Assembly (NCBI GenBank): GCA_032718475.1
Contig: JAUCBJ010002695.1
Span: forward strand, 1 to 64,000
Length of the DNA stretch: 64,000 nt
Reading direction: 5' to 3'
Source: Nemertoderma westbladi
Taxonomy: Eukaryota; Animalia; Xenacoelomorpha
Shown: positions 23,441 through 36,600 of the stretch, piece after piece
Position numbering within the stretch: the first letter of the stretch is position 1
How the letters are laid out: every line of letters begins with the position of its first letter
Made by a program: the position numbers and the translations under genes
The notes under the pieces: generated by a model
The model's database searches: none
Told to the model about the DNA's origin: nothing
What the model saw: only the letters and a program-made list of their open reading frames with translations

Positions 23441-25862
23441 ATGCATTCTTTGATTTTCATATGTTTCTTTCTCAGCAACGGCGTTTTGGGCACTGTGATT
23501 GGTGAAAAACGAGTCTGTGACTCATTAGAAAGTAAATCAACTTGCGATGATGGATTGTACTGCTCTACAGATCTAAGTCACTTCGAAAATGAACCTTTTT
23601 GCATCTGCTATGAATCCAAAGTGAAGACTGACGATGGTGACTGCATTGAATGCTCTACCGATGTACGATGTGGTAACGGAGCACTCTGTATTAAAGGAAG
23701 TTGTCATTGTAAAGATGGTTTAGTGATAAATAAATCATCCTTGCGCAGAGGTCGTTTAGGCTGCCAACTACCGAAATATGTTTCTGAATGTGGAGATGTG
23801 AGTCAGTTAACAAAGAAAGGAAAATTAAGGAGAAAATTTTGTAAGTGCAAGGATGCAACTTTGACTATGGTCTGGAACAATTACACATTATTTTGGGAAT
23901 GCAAGGGACACTCGCCCTATCCAGTTGTGAGTACTACTGGAAGTAACGGTGATAAATACCTGCAACATGGCGAGGGCGGTTGTAATCAAGTTACCAGACA
24001 CAAAGATGATCCAATATGTGACGTTGCCAAAGGCTTAAAGTGTTTAGAAGGCATACGGTTTGAAGATACGGATTTGTTTAAGAAAATGTGCATTTGTTCT
24101 GATTCCAAAGTGACGAATGACGACGGCCAATGTGTTAAATGCTCCGAAGATGACCTTTGTGGGAACGGAGCAGACTGTATTAATGGAAGTTGTCAATGTA
24201 AAGATGGTCTAGTGCTCGATGAAATATCTTTAGGCATTGGTACACCTTGGGTACCCATAGTTTGACCAATTTTTTTCATAGGAAAACGGCTGTTATCATG
24301 AGGTTTTTTCTATAACAAATATTTGATCTTCTGACAGTAGGATGATAGCTAATAATTTTGATTTTGTGTTAGCTAGTACTTTTTTTAGCTAGTGAAAAAA
24401 TTTAACTATAATTTTTCTTGTGAAAATGGCTATTATCATGAGTTTTCTTGTTCTGGAATAAATATTTTACCTTCTGTCCGTAAGATGGTAGCTACTAGCT
24501 AGTAATTTTGATTTTGTGTTAGCTAGTAGGCCTACTTTTTATAAGATATTAAAAAAGTAAAACTTATTTAGAACATCAAACACAGCTATGTTTTGTGTGT
24601 TATAAGTTCTAGATTCAAAATACTGCAGTTTATAAGAGGTCAAATAATTTAAAATGAAGATTTTTTTATAAGGGTTGTACAATTTAACTTTTTTTCCAAA
24701 AAAAATGTTCTAGAATAAAGTGTTCTAGAACAAAAATATTTATCAAAATTGATATCTAACACGTCTTCTATAACATTTATAAAAAAAGGTTGAAAAAACA
24801 AGCTAGTATAAAAAATTTAAAAATACCGTTTGCCATGATTGGGGGCGTATCTATAATTATATAAATAATTAAAAATGTGTTCTAGAACAAAACTATTTAA
24901 CAAAATTGAAAGCCATCTTCTATAAAATTTATATAAAAAAATAACAAAAACTAGCTAGTATAAAAAATCTGGTCAATGGGTACCCAAGGTGTACCAACGC
25001 CCATCGTTTAGTTGGAAAAGGAATAGGGTGTAAACAAGCCAATAACAGTGGTGAGTGTGGAGCAGATGAAAAAGAGTTCAGTATGACTACCAAAGCCCCA
25101 AAAAAGTGCGAATGCAAAGTCCAAAGTAAAATCATGACGTGGAATATGGACAAATTATTTTGGGAATGTAAATTGAACTTGACAGCAATTGGAACAACAG
25201 AAGGCACTGATGTTGGAACAGTTCCAGGTGACCTGTATCCCAGGCAATATGGTGAAACATGTGATGAATTGTCAAATATATGCGATTTTGATAAAGGCTT
25301 AATTTGCTACAAAGATGAAAGAGACAGATTTATTGGGGAAGAAAAGTCAATGTGTATATGTAATAAACCGATGATTTGGACCGGATTTAAATGCAAAAAA
25401 TGTAATAGTGATACAGATTGCGGAAATCATGCAACATGCATTGGTAACACAACTTGTCACTGTAAAAAGGGAAAAGTATTTCATAAAGCTTCTATTCACA
25501 TTCAGCATCGAAGTTTCGGATGCAAGAATGCTGAAGATGTTTCTGAATGCGGTGATGAAAATCAATTCACATTAAGATCACAGCCATCAATGTGTGAGTG
25601 CTCAAATCCATCCATGAATATGTCCTGGAACAAGTACGCATTAACTTGGCAATGCCAAGAGCCAGCTGCCTATCAAACAACCACTGTTAATGAAGAAGTA
25701 GAAGAAGAAGAAGAAGATGATGATATGGGTGACAATGATTATTCAGAAAATGAATTACAGGATCCTCTTGAGAAAAATCCAGCAGATGATGCATTTACCG
25801 TTACCAAGTTATCGGACTGCATAATTATTATTCTAGCAAACATTGTCTCCAAATACATTTAG
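23441..25862 (+). CDS. Secreted or surface protein with three Cys-rich (EGF/EB-like) repeats; predicted exons 23441-24239 and 25012-25862 (549 aa)
   Basis: Signal peptide MHSLIFICFFLSNGVLG. Three repeats of CD..GL.C...CIC...C..C..D..CGN.A.CI..C.CK.G...GC...ECG...C.C...M.WN..L.W.C. Acidic stretch and hydrophobic C-terminus. Both halves are stop-free and join in frame at GT-AG. Confidence 0.75.
24233..25001. mobile_element. MITE with GG termini inserted in coding sequence
   Basis: 26-bp TIR GGC(A/G)TTGGTACACCTTGGGTACCCAT. Degenerate TSD TATCTTTA / CATCGTTTA. Internal TGTTCTAGAA and CTAGCTAG modules. Confidence 0.85.
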
Positions 25863-26132
25863 ATAAAGTTCAATGACTATATTTTGCAACGTAATGATTA
25901 ATTTTTACCGGTGCCAGTAGTGATTATTCTAAAGTAACAAAGTTTCATTAATCCATTTAATGTTGTGTAATCATTATTAAAATATTTTAAAATTATCTAT
26001 AAATTACATCATACAGCTTTCTACATACAGCACTACACCTTATCCTTGAGCTGGACGCTACATAACCTCAGTTGTAAATTTCACAAAATAATGCTAATGT
26101 AGACCTACTGTACTTTATACTATATCATAATA

Positions 26133-26450
26133 CTTCGAATACGTAAGGGAAAGGCATGGGCAGCCTTGAATAGGCTTTCCAGGATTTGGAAGTCACCGAG
26201 AATTAAACGGAAACTTAAGGTCCGATTATTTAGAGCACCAGTAGTTCCAGTACTCCTCTGTGGGAGTTCATGCAGGGCTCTAACTGCTAAGGACACCAAA
26301 TCTCTGGATGAAGATGGCCTTGAAGATGCGGATGATCTAGCAAATGCCATGGGCGTTAGGGAGTTGTGGTGGTGCAATTTTGTCGACAAGACGGCAAAGC
26401 ATTCTTAAAAATGCAGCTGCAATGCAGCATGCCGATCCAAGTAGTAGTAG
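26133..26450 (+). mobile_element. RTE LINE 3' fragment with internal deletion
   Basis: Matches 5222-5790. (GTA)n tail. 12-bp TSD TATAT(C/T)ATAATA at 26121-26132 and 26451-26462. Confidence 0.9.
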
Positions 26451-27186
26451 TATATTATAATATTGTAATCATACTAGAATATAAATTGCGTTGCAATTTG
26501 TATATATTTTATTTAAAATATCCACTATACCAGAAAAATGCAGACAATAAAGAATACAATGTCCACTTCTGCTGAAAATAAAGTGATCCAATCAATTTTC
26601 CAATAATGCGGATAACAAAATATTTATCCAATCAATGATCTAGAAATGTAATCTGTTGAATTCGCATTATTTATTTGTATACAGTTTGTAGTAATAAAGA
26701 CATACTTTCAGATTGTGCTTGTGTAATTGCCATTGCGAGCTTACGAATAAAATCCTGCCACACATACATAATCGTAATGCATTCTCAATAAATTACATGA
26801 CTTGAATACTATAAATATAATTAAATTTGTTGCGAGATTATAACAGCATTATAATATATTTCGTACCGACTGGCGGTGCTTCATCAGATATAGGTAGGTT
26901 AACAAAATACTAATGATAAGGGTACAATATAATAGAAAGGGAAACACATAAGTATGATTAATGACATTCAGATGTAAATACAGTAATTGTAATATTAACA
27001 TAGCGATACTTCAGTACTTAGGCATTCTGAATTCTGACTACGAGTACAGTGTAGGTATATAGCAGTAATGACACGGTAACTGTATGATAAATCTAATATG
27101 ATTAGGTCTGTTATAATTGTATTGTATGTACAGTATAAAGCTGATGAAGCATGAAGCTTGAATACTCTTCTTCACAAAAACATTCA

Positions 27187-27253
27187 TGGCCAATATGGGG
27201 CTCGAACCCATGACATTCGCGATATTAGCACGACGCTCTAACCAACTGAGCTA
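27187..27253 (-). tRNA. tRNA-Ile(AAT), 5' acceptor strand missing (probable pseudogene)
   Basis: TAGCTCAGTTGGTTAGAGCG, anticodon arm TCGTG-CTAATAT-CGCGA, GGTTCGAGCCC, 3' ATTGGCCA and a downstream T5 terminator. The 7 nt upstream cannot pair with the 3' strand. Confidence 0.8.
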
Positions 27254-29351
27254 GGGCTGGGGTAAGATAGCCTGATCGGGGGGGGGGGGGGGAAATTAAC
27301 AACAAATGAGGAAAATGAGGGGTAAGAGAGAAGGGGAAAGAAACGGAAGGAAAAAAAGGAAAATAAGGGAAAGGAAGGAAAGAAAAAGCAACGAAAGTAT
27401 CACTATCTCAACCTCGTGTATGTCGGTCTGTTTGTCTGACGGTCTGTCGTCGGTCGGTCTAATCTTTGGTCTCAAATAAATGAGGCAGTTTCTGGCGTCG
27501 CACAATTTCCTGGTCCGCCGCTAGGTGGTGCTAAATATATTGTCATCTAGGCTTACTAACTCACTCTCGTGCGGCGCGAAGGCACACCCCACGCCCACGT
27601 GTTGCGTTAAAAAAGAGAACAAGGACGAAAGGGAAGGAAAATAAAAAAAGAGGGTTTGACATTAAGGGAAAATATAAATTTGAATATTACATATTTCTTA
27701 GCTATTAGTTATTAGTAGATAAATATTTATTGATTAAATTAATCATTACACATTACACAAATGAACTGCAGTGAAACGTTTATGTAATTAAAATAACGTA
27801 CCAAAATGGCACAAATATAGATACCGTTATACACAACATTATATTGAAATTAGATTCGTGGGGCCATCGCACAGGACGAGGCTCAGTTATCAGATACAGA
27901 TTAAAATTGAGCGACTGTATCACAAAATCAGGTTTTGAGAAATTTACCCACACCACCAATCAATCAAAGAAAGGGGGACAGTACGGTGTTCACCGCTTTT
28001 AATCTGCACCCCCCCCCCCCCCCCCCCCTGTTTTGGAAATATAGAGCCCCTCATATACAGTACGTTATTTCATAAATGAAACATATACTGCTTGGGGTTC
28101 GTGTATGTTGTATATGTCGTCTTCACACGGTACCCAAAGGGATCAGACTGTATTATGATACCACGATCACTCATTCTGACCTTTGTCACCATCAGATATA
28201 GAGATAGGGACTATGGTCTACCGGAAATCAATTTAGCCTATACATACCTACCGGTACCAAGGCCCATTATAGGGTCTTTTTAGTTAATCGTTATGGGAAT
28301 ATAATGGGAAACGATCATAGTACGGACTTATGTCGTCTTCACACGCTACTATAAGCGGTCTCAAAGGATAGTTTGTAAGTAAACTAAGTATTAGAATTAT
28401 AGTATATACAGTATTAGTATTTCTGTTTTATGCATTTACTCAACAATGATTTATGTGTTTCTATCCTTTATGTTTCAGTTTACCGGCTTTATTCAACAAG
28501 GATAATAATATTATTAGTGGAAACAGAAATGTTTATCTTAAATGTTTGGGTGGGGCCGCGTTATACATTGAAACTCGTGCTGCTACAGGGTAGGGTTCAG
28601 GGCTCATCACAACCCCCCCCCCCCCCCCCACCCTTCCCACCCACCAGTAATTTATAACTACCAATGCCTTCAACGCAGTAGGCAGTACTCGTCTTCATTA
28701 TTATAAACGTCATTGTGCACGTCTGTTTTGTATTTAAACATATTTCCTAAACGCAGGCTGACGGACGATCTTTATAACTACCGATGCCTTCAATAGGCGA
28801 AGCCAGGTATGGTTTATAGGAATATAGTCTACGCAGTACTGGTCTTCATTATATGCCTCGTTGCGCTCGTCGCTCATCCTGTTTTGCATTAAAATATTTA
28901 TCCTAAACCAAGACTGACGATCTTTATACAGTTATAACTATGCGAAGTTTCGAAACTGTGCGAGTAACTGCTGATACATCTATGTGGAGATGTGTGATAC
29001 AATCCCCAACGCATCGTATGCCGATGTAGTAATATGGGTATTGTAATGACATACATACGTATTATTATATGGCTCACCCCATATACATGCTGGACAGTAG
29101 TTCCATGGTGATTGGATAGATATATATACGTTCCATTCTGTTGGGGCTTTTTATATAAAAGCAGGTGCAACGACAGTAATACCATTGTGTACTGAAGTCA
29201 CTAGGCATATTATTATTATATATTGGTCTATTCTGTTCTATACGTTTCTGTACGTTATATCTTATTATACAGTTATATCAAGAACTAAGAACATCACATG
29301 GCGCTGCGAGTGGCCTTCAGTACTGAACTTCAGAACTAAGCTCCCAATACG

Positions 29352-30676
29352 ATGGCGGATTCCGATGCTTCTTCCGCTGAGGAACCTTGCTTGTCGGACC
29401 TCTCACCCGCCGAGGTCGCGTCGTTGGATCGTTCAAAACTGATTCAGTATTGCGCTGATGCCAGTATCCCAACGACATCGAAAACATCTGATGCAACGCT
29501 TCGCAAGAAACTCAACACTCGGATCGCCGATACACCCGCCCGCTTCGAGGAAACCGATGCGGCTACCGGTGGCCAACCCAGCATGGCGCAACTCCTGGAA
29601 CTCGTGGCGCAGCAACAGGAAAACGCGAACCGCCGTTTGGAAGAGCAGAAACGCGAACATCGGGAAGAACAAGCGGCTGCTAACCGCCGTTTAGCGGACA
29701 TTCTCGCCCACCTCGGCCGTCCGCACTTCGCCGATAATCCCATAGGACAACCCGATCCCCCACAGGCGGCCCCCACGCATCGCCTCACCATAGATATCGG
29801 AAATCTAGACCGCATTGATACTTAGGTCGAACTGCCCGCCTTCCGCCATTGGCGGGACAGTTGGGACAGCAATCTCCGCCGCCAGAGCACAGAAACATTC
29901 CCACGCAGCGAACAAGTATACACACTCCTCACCGCCCTGGGATCAGGCCTACACGACGTTGTCCGCTACACCCTGGAACTGGATCCGGACAATGGCGAGG
30001 TGGACTCGGCGACGATTCTCGATGGGTTGCAGCAACACCTCCGCGGTAAACGCAGCATCGCTCTCGACTGCATGCAATTCCACAGACGCCGCCAGGGTGC
30101 TACCGATCTTTCGATGACTTCTATCGGTCATTAAAACACCTCGCCGAACTCGCAGAACTGTGCACGGAGTGCAGGGACAACCAGATAGTCACTCAGATTC
30201 TCGTTGGGCTTTACTGTACCGAGATTCAACAAGAACTCCTGAAATTACTACCCCGACCCTCACTAGAAGAAACTCGCACTATCTGCCAGAACTGGGAGTC
30301 CAGCTCTAAAAACACCCAAGTACTAGGGAGTTCGCGCTCGGTTTCTAAAATCTCCCAATACAAACAACGCGGCGGCTGTTCTACAACGCGACAGGGTGCT
30401 CCGACGCCCCCATCGACCGGTTCCCAGCATCCCTGGAGATCCTCCTCCACTGGGCCAGGGAACAAACGCGCCCACACTTGCGGAAACTGTGGGCAAGTAA
30501 AGCACTCCGACAAATCTGCATGCCCTGCCCGCGAAGTTAACTGCAGCGGCTGCGCCAAAAAGGGGCACTTCCGAAAGGTGTGCCGATCTAGCGGATCCTC
30601 AAAGAAACCCTCTTCTACAAACACGGTGCTTTACCGCGACTCAATCAACCGCTTAGAATACTGCGCGGCGGTATGA
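29352..30676 (+). pseudogene. Gypsy gag with stops and frameshifts
   Basis: Broken ORF ending in a double zinc knuckle, CGNCGQVKHSDKSAC...CSGCAKKGHFRKVC. Confidence 0.8.
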
Positions 30677-30739
30677 AAACTGGATTACCTTGCTGTAACC
30701 CTCACTAACTCCAATACCGGTATTCGACTCGGCACGATA

Positions 30740-33667
30740 AAACGCCCGCTTCCGGACAGTGGCGCGGCAGCTACACTCCTCAACGAGAACTTGTTCCACC
30801 AACTTGGGGGAGTCGGGAGGGATCTGCTACCTTCCTCCAGCATGGATCTCGTCGCGGCCGACGGACCATCGATACAAACTCGCGGTCGCCTACCCGCCGT
30901 CATCTCCTCCGGCCAAAATTCCGCTACAACGGAAATCGTTATCTCTCCGGAGACGCAGGGACTGATCCTTAGCAAATCGGTTTGCATGGATCTGGGGATA
31001 CTCCCGTCAAGTTTCCCCCAGCCCGCTGCGGTTCTCCCGATTTCTTCGGCTACGGTTCGCGAGACGAAGTCGGCAACACCCATAGGCGCAGACAGCGCGC
31101 CCTCAGCCAGGGACCTCCTCAACTCATTCGGGGACATTTTCGACGACGAAGCAACCCCCTTACCAACCATCCCTGGTACCGCGATGCATATCGTACTCAA
31201 GGAGGGTGCGACGCCTTACCATGTCAAAGGCGCTCGACCCATCGCCATCGCACTTCGCGATGAAGTAAAAACTCTTCTTGACGATCTAGAACGCCGCGAT
31301 ATTATCGAGCGCGTGGAAGAACCCACCGACTGGGCCCACCCGCTTACCGTAACACGCAAGCCAAGCGGAAAACTGCGCCTCTGCGTGGACTTGCGCGGCC
31401 TGAACTCCCAAGTAAAGAGGCCATACTACCCGACACCAAACCCCCATCTAAAAATCGCCGAAATCTTGCGGACTGCAAAGTACTTTTCAGTCTTCGACGC
31501 TGCCCATGGATACGGGCAGGTCCCCCTTGACCCTGAGTCCCAGCTGCTGACGACGTTCGTCACGCCATGGGGGCGGTATAAACACACCCGGAGTGTGATG
31601 GGCCTTATCTCTTCCGGAGATGAGTTTAACAGACGGGGCGACGCGGCGCTCGAGGGACTTCCTCGGATGATAAAGATCGTCGACGACGTCTTACTCTACG
31701 ACGACACACTAGAGGAACATCTGGTGTCCATCCACCGTTTCCTCGAACGCTGCAGGGAAAAAGGTATTTGCCTGCACCCCGGTAAAGTGAAGCTCGCCCA
31801 ATCCCAGGTAAAATTCGGCGGCTACCTGGTCGGAACGGACGGCATCCACACCGACCCCGCAAAACTCCCCGCTATAGCATCCTTCCCTCGTCCAGAAACT
31901 CTAACCGATCTCCGAAGTTTCATCGGGCTCGTAGAACAACTCGCTCCTTTCTCCTCAGAGATATCCGAGATGCTCCTACCACTACGCCCGCTCCTATCGG
32001 TGAAATCGCCATACATCTGGACAACCGACCACAATCGCGCATTCGACGCCGCCAAGGCGGCCTTAACTACACCCCCGGTTCTGGCCCCATTCGACGTCTC
32101 CGCCGACACTAAGCTCGTAACTGACGCTTCTCGGCTCAATGGGCTCGGCTACGCCCTTCTCCAGCGCCACGGGACAGAGTGGCGCCTTATAGAATGCGGA
32201 TCTCGGTTTATAACACCCACAGAGTCTCGATACGCCACTATTGAGTTGGAACTTCTAGCGGTAGTATGGGCCATCCAAAAATGCCGCAACTTCCTCCTCG
32301 GGCTCCCCACCTTCTCTCTGGTCAATGACCATCAACCGCTGGTCACCATCTTAGACCGCAAATCGTTCTCGGAAGTGGAAAACGCCCGTATACAACGACT
32401 AAAATCCAAGCTGGCGCCATACCAGTTCACTACCTCCTGGTGCAAGTGTAAATCTCACGCCATTCCCGACGCCCTGTCCCGGTCACCCGTAGACCAGCCG
32501 ACACCCGATGACCTCGTAGACGACGGAGAGACAGCGTACTGTCTCCATTCCGTCACCATCGCCACGATTTCGGCCATCTCTGGGGACGACCACCTTGCGG
32601 ACCCTATTCTACAGGACCTTGCCGCTGTTGCTCGCGCTGACCCCGCCTACATGTCTCTTCACACAGCAGTCCTCGCCGGTTTTCCCCCCAGTACCTGCAG
32701 CGATCCCGCTGTCGGTGCATACTGGGCCCTGCGAGACTCCCTCTCCACCGACGGCGGCCTCATCCTCTATGGGGAGCGGCTCGTCATTCCCCTAGCGTCC
32801 CGCACTAACACCTTGGAGCGGCTCCATACCCCTCACCAGGGTGTCGATAAGTCCCTCCGTCGGGCCCGGCAGTGTGTCTATTGGCCGGGGTTGACTAACG
32901 ATGTACGGACCTCCATCGCCAACTGTCCTTCGTGCCTACGCCACCGCGCTACGCTACCAAAGGAACCCTTCCTTGAAGAACCCCTACCAACCCGCATATT
33001 CGAGGAGATTTCGGCCGACTTCTTCCAGTTGAACGGCCGCCACCATCTCGCCCTCGTCGACAGGTATAGCGGGTGGCCAGACCTACACACCTTCTCAGGT
33101 CACCCATCCACCCTCCCAACCATCGCCGCCCTGCGACAATGGTTTACCCGCTATGGAATCCCAACCCGTCTACGGCCGGACGGCGGTACCCCCCTGACCG
33201 CCGGCGCTACAACCACCTTCCTCAACGAGTGGGGCGTCACCCCGGTTACTTCATCCGCGGAATACCCACAGGGTAATGTACACGCGGAAGCGGCCGTGAA
33301 GGCACTCAAAGGACTTCTAGATAAAACAGGAGGCTGCCCTGACTCACCCGCATTCGCCGAGGATCTACTAGCCCTCCGGAATAGCCCTCGGGAGACCGGC
33401 CTTTCTCCCGCGCAGGTGGTGTACGGTCACCCCCTGCGGACCCGTATTCCCGCCCATCACAGTGCTTTCGCGGCGGGTCACCAGGCCACGCGTCGCCGGC
33501 TAGACAAAATCGCAACCCTGCTCCATGCTGCCCAAATTGCCGACTACAACAAGTCGGCCCGCAATCTCCCACCCCTTGCTGTCCATGACCCCGTAGTCAT
33601 CCAGGACCCCCACTCACATCGCTGGGACCCCAAGGGAACCGTGGTAGAGGTTGGACCCAATCGGTGA
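30740..33667 (+). CDS. pol: Gypsy pol (PR-RT-RH-IN)
   Basis: [48 protein letters not shown]...C..C, SADFF, RPDGG and HAEAAV in a 958-aa open frame. Probably defective. Confidence 0.93.
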   Translation, partial: KRPLPDSGAAATLLNENLFHQLGGVGRDLLPSSSMDLVAADGPSIQTRGRLPAVISSGQNSATTEIVISPETQGLILSKSVCMDLGILPSSFPQPAAVLPISSATVRETKSATPIGADSAPSARDLLNSFGDIFDDEATPLPTIPGTAMHIVLKEGATPYHVKGARPIAIALRDEVKTLLDDLERRDIIERVEEPTDWAHPLTVTRKPSGKLRLCVDLRGLNSQVKRPYYPTPNPHLKIAEILRTAKYFSVFDAAHGYGQVPLDPESQLLTTFVTPWGRYKHTRSVMGLISSGDEFNRRGDAALEGLPRMIKIVDDVLLYDDTLEEHLVSIHRFLERCREKGICLHPGKVKLAQSQVKFGGYLVGTDGIHTDPAKLPAIASFPRPETLTDLRSFIGLVEQLAPFSSEISEMLLPLRPLLSVKSPYIWTTDHNRAFDAAKAALTTPPVLAPFDVSADTKLVTDASRLNGLGYALLQRHGTEWRLIECGSRFITPTESRYATIELELLAVVWAIQKCRNFLLGLPTFSLVNDHQPLVTILDRKSFSEVENARIQRLKSKLAPYQFTTSWCKCKSHAIPDALSRSPVDQPTPDDLVDDGETAYCLHSVTIATISAISGDDHLADPILQDLAAVARADPAYMSLHTAVLAGFPPSTCSDPAVGAYWALRDSLSTDGGLILYGERLVIPLASRTNTLERLHTPHQGVDKSLRRARQCVYWPGLTNDVRTSIANCPSCLRHRATLPKEPFLEEPLPTRIFEEISADFFQLNGRHHLALVDRYSGWPDLHTFSGHPSTLPTIAALRQWFTRYGIPTRLRPDGGTPLTAGATTTFLNEWGVTPVTSSAEYPQGNVHAEAAVKALKGLLDKTGGCPDSPAFAEDLLALRNSPRETGLSPAQVVYGHPLRTRIPAHHSAFAAGHQATRRRLDKIATLLHAAQIADYNKSARNLPPLAVHDPVVIQDPHSHRWDPKGTVVEVGPNR

Positions 33668-36600
33668 TACACAGTGCGAACCCCCTCCGGCCGTACTGTG
33701 ACGAGAAACCGACGCTTGTCGACACCTCCAAACCACTCTCCAGTGCGGCTGAACCACCCACTTTGGGTCCGGACACCTCTACGTCCTCTAGTCCCATGGC
33801 CGCGGCGGACGTCGACCCCACCTGGTCACACAAAACTGTACATTGGGACCCCAAACTAAACCACAGCCCCCAAACTCGCCGATACCCCTCACGTCATCGT
33901 CAACCACCTATGCGGTTATAAACTCCTACGGAGCTCGAAGGGGGGTGTAATGACATACATACGTATTATTATATGGCTCGCCCCATATTCATGCTGGACA
34001 GTAGTTCATGGTGATTGGATAGATATATATACGTTCCATTCTGTTGGGGCTTTTTATATAAAAGCAGGTGCAACGGCAGTAATACCATTGTGTACTGAAG
34101 TCACTAGGCATATTATTATTATATATCGGTCTATTCTGTTCTATACATTTCTGTACGTTATATCTTATTATACAGTTATATCAAGAACTAAGAACATCAC
34201 AGGTATTGAAATAATATTAAATCAATGTACACTCGTAAAGCTGCAGCGAAAATATGTAGCTAATATCCTAGGTTACATATAAATTAATAATATTATTTTT
34301 AAGAACATTAATTTTACTACTTTGCAAAAATTCAATTAAAAAATATCCAGACAAATATATTGCGGAATAAACTATTTCAGATTGTTAGCGGATTCAATTC
34401 CGCTAACCACCCCATAAAAGCCGGGAAACGGCGCCTTTAAGCAATATTGGGAAGCACGAGGTTGATTACCAATCAACCTCGTATCACCCCCAATAAACGG
34501 GGACGACAAAGCCCAAAGGGCCGTATACAATAGGGGTCAGAGTTTAAGCCTCCGGGAAAGGGAAAGTGACAGTAGCAAAGGGGGAAACACTCCCACAGAG
34601 GTGGGAGCCGAGAATTAGGTTGTTGGCCAATGGGGGGCAAGCATCGACTGAGTAGTAAGGCCACAAAGTAGGTAATCAATATATATTACGGGTTGGTGTC
34701 ATATCACAGTTAGTTTACTCAGTCAGTTAGGGCAGTACGGTAACAGCGTAACTGCCGTCACCAACTATTCTATATCACCGTTTGTCTGCCATTTATTCAA
34801 TATCTATCAACTGTGTTATCTGTTCTTTAATCATATACTATATTTTATATTCACCAATAATATCGGAACGACAATAAACCCATTTTCACTCACACGGCGG
34901 GGACGCGTAAATAAACTAAAACCGGTCGGATCCTGTGATCCCGTCACAGTAATAAAATTACCAACTACCCAAAACTGTGACTGCCAGCCACCAGAGGAAG
35001 TTAAAGATGAGTCTAGAGGGAGAAAGAACACCGCCGCGGACCCCGGACGATGCAAACAAAACGATCCGCGAGGCCGCGACGTGACGGTATCGACCCAGGA
35101 CGCCGGACTCGTCAACCCCGAACGATCCGGTAGCCCAAGCGGAGGGCGGCCGTCTACCACAAGGAGGGACGATCAAGTCAAGGGAAAGGAGAGACGAGTC
35201 GACGCACGACGGCGGTAGATGTACCGATGTCGCTGGCCAGCCACAGGCCGAGGGCGACGGACGGCCCACCGGAACGGCAATGGTGGGGCCGCCGGTACGA
35301 CGCCGAACACGGAGATAAAGAGGGGATGTCGGCAACGGGGACGTCGGAGTCAGCGACCGGCTCCGACGAGCCTACAACGCAACCAGAAAGCAGCTGAGGG
35401 AAGCCAAAGAAGGGGCGAAGATGGACCAGGTGAAGTTAGAGAAGCGGCTAGGTGAGTCGAATAAACATTTTGATTATCTAGTGCGCTTTGGGCAGGGAGA
35501 ACTAGCCAATGAGAGAGCGAGAGGGGTCACCACCGAACTGTTCGAACTGTGGGAATGTAGGGGTATGGAGCCTGGTGTAGTGTACATAGGGCCATACTTA
35601 GTCGATACCCGGGGAATTAAGTTAGTGTGGTGGAGGGGACCGCAGGAGGGCGAATCCGAGATTAACCCCGAGGATTCGGCCTCGTCGGTCGGCGAGGATT
35701 CCAGAAAGCGGGGGAAAGTTAGTAGGACAGGAAGGCGGCGGGAGTCCGTCGCGACCGACAAGTCTGCTACATCCTCCGCAAAAGTAAGACGGGTGCTAGA
35801 AATAGATCTGGCGTGTCAGCTCGATCTGGTAGCGCTGGACCAGAGAGAATTAGAGAGGCAGTTGGAAGAAGGTAGTGCGTTACTAGAGAAAGAGAGAGAG
35901 CTGGCCAGAGAGAATAAAGAGAGGGCCGAGAGGGTCGCGAGAAAATTTAGGGAGTGTGAAGAAATAGGAATGAGGGAAAGGAAGGAACAAGAAGAGCGAG
36001 AGGCGGCAGAGGCGAGCGAACGTAAACAGCGTGAGGCGGCAGAGGCGAGCGAACGTAAAGAGCGTGAGGCGGCGAGAGAGGCGAGAGGGGCGAGAGCGGA
36101 GAGTGAACGTAAAGAGCGTGAGGCGAGAGAGGAGAATGAACGTAAAGAGCATGAGGCGAGAGAGGAGAATGAACGTAAAGAGCGTGGGGCGAGAGAGGAG
36201 AATGAACGTAAAGAGCGTCGACTAGAACTGGCGCAGATGGGGCTGTCAGAGAGCGAGGCTGGCTCGGGTAGTGTTTACGAGGAGCCAGAAGTTATGGAAA
36301 CATTTATTAATACCCCACTTACAGGGACCGGACGACAGACCCAAGACTGGTGTGACCGTACAGGCGTGGGGGGGGGGGGGTAATAATAATACTGTAGAAA
36401 ACGTTAATATTAATAGTACCGTAGTGGATAACCCTAATCAAACTTTCGTTGCAGGAAATAATATTTTGCCCGATACTAGTAATTTAAATCCGAACGATTA
36501 TAATTTAAACGTACATAGTAATCCTAGTAATTTAAATAATAATTTAAATCCGAATATACAAAATAATTCAAATAAAATAATTACGCAAAATAATTTAAAT

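Larger units (their letters stand above)
29042..34201 (+). mobile_element. Full-length Gypsy/Ty3 LTR retrotransposon (Mag-like)
   Basis: LTRs 29042-29298 and 33946-34201 (5 substitutions and 1 indel by eye). TSD GGTAT. PBS TGGCGCTGCGAG (tRNA-Ser-like) and PPT GAAGGGGGG. Confidence 0.96.
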
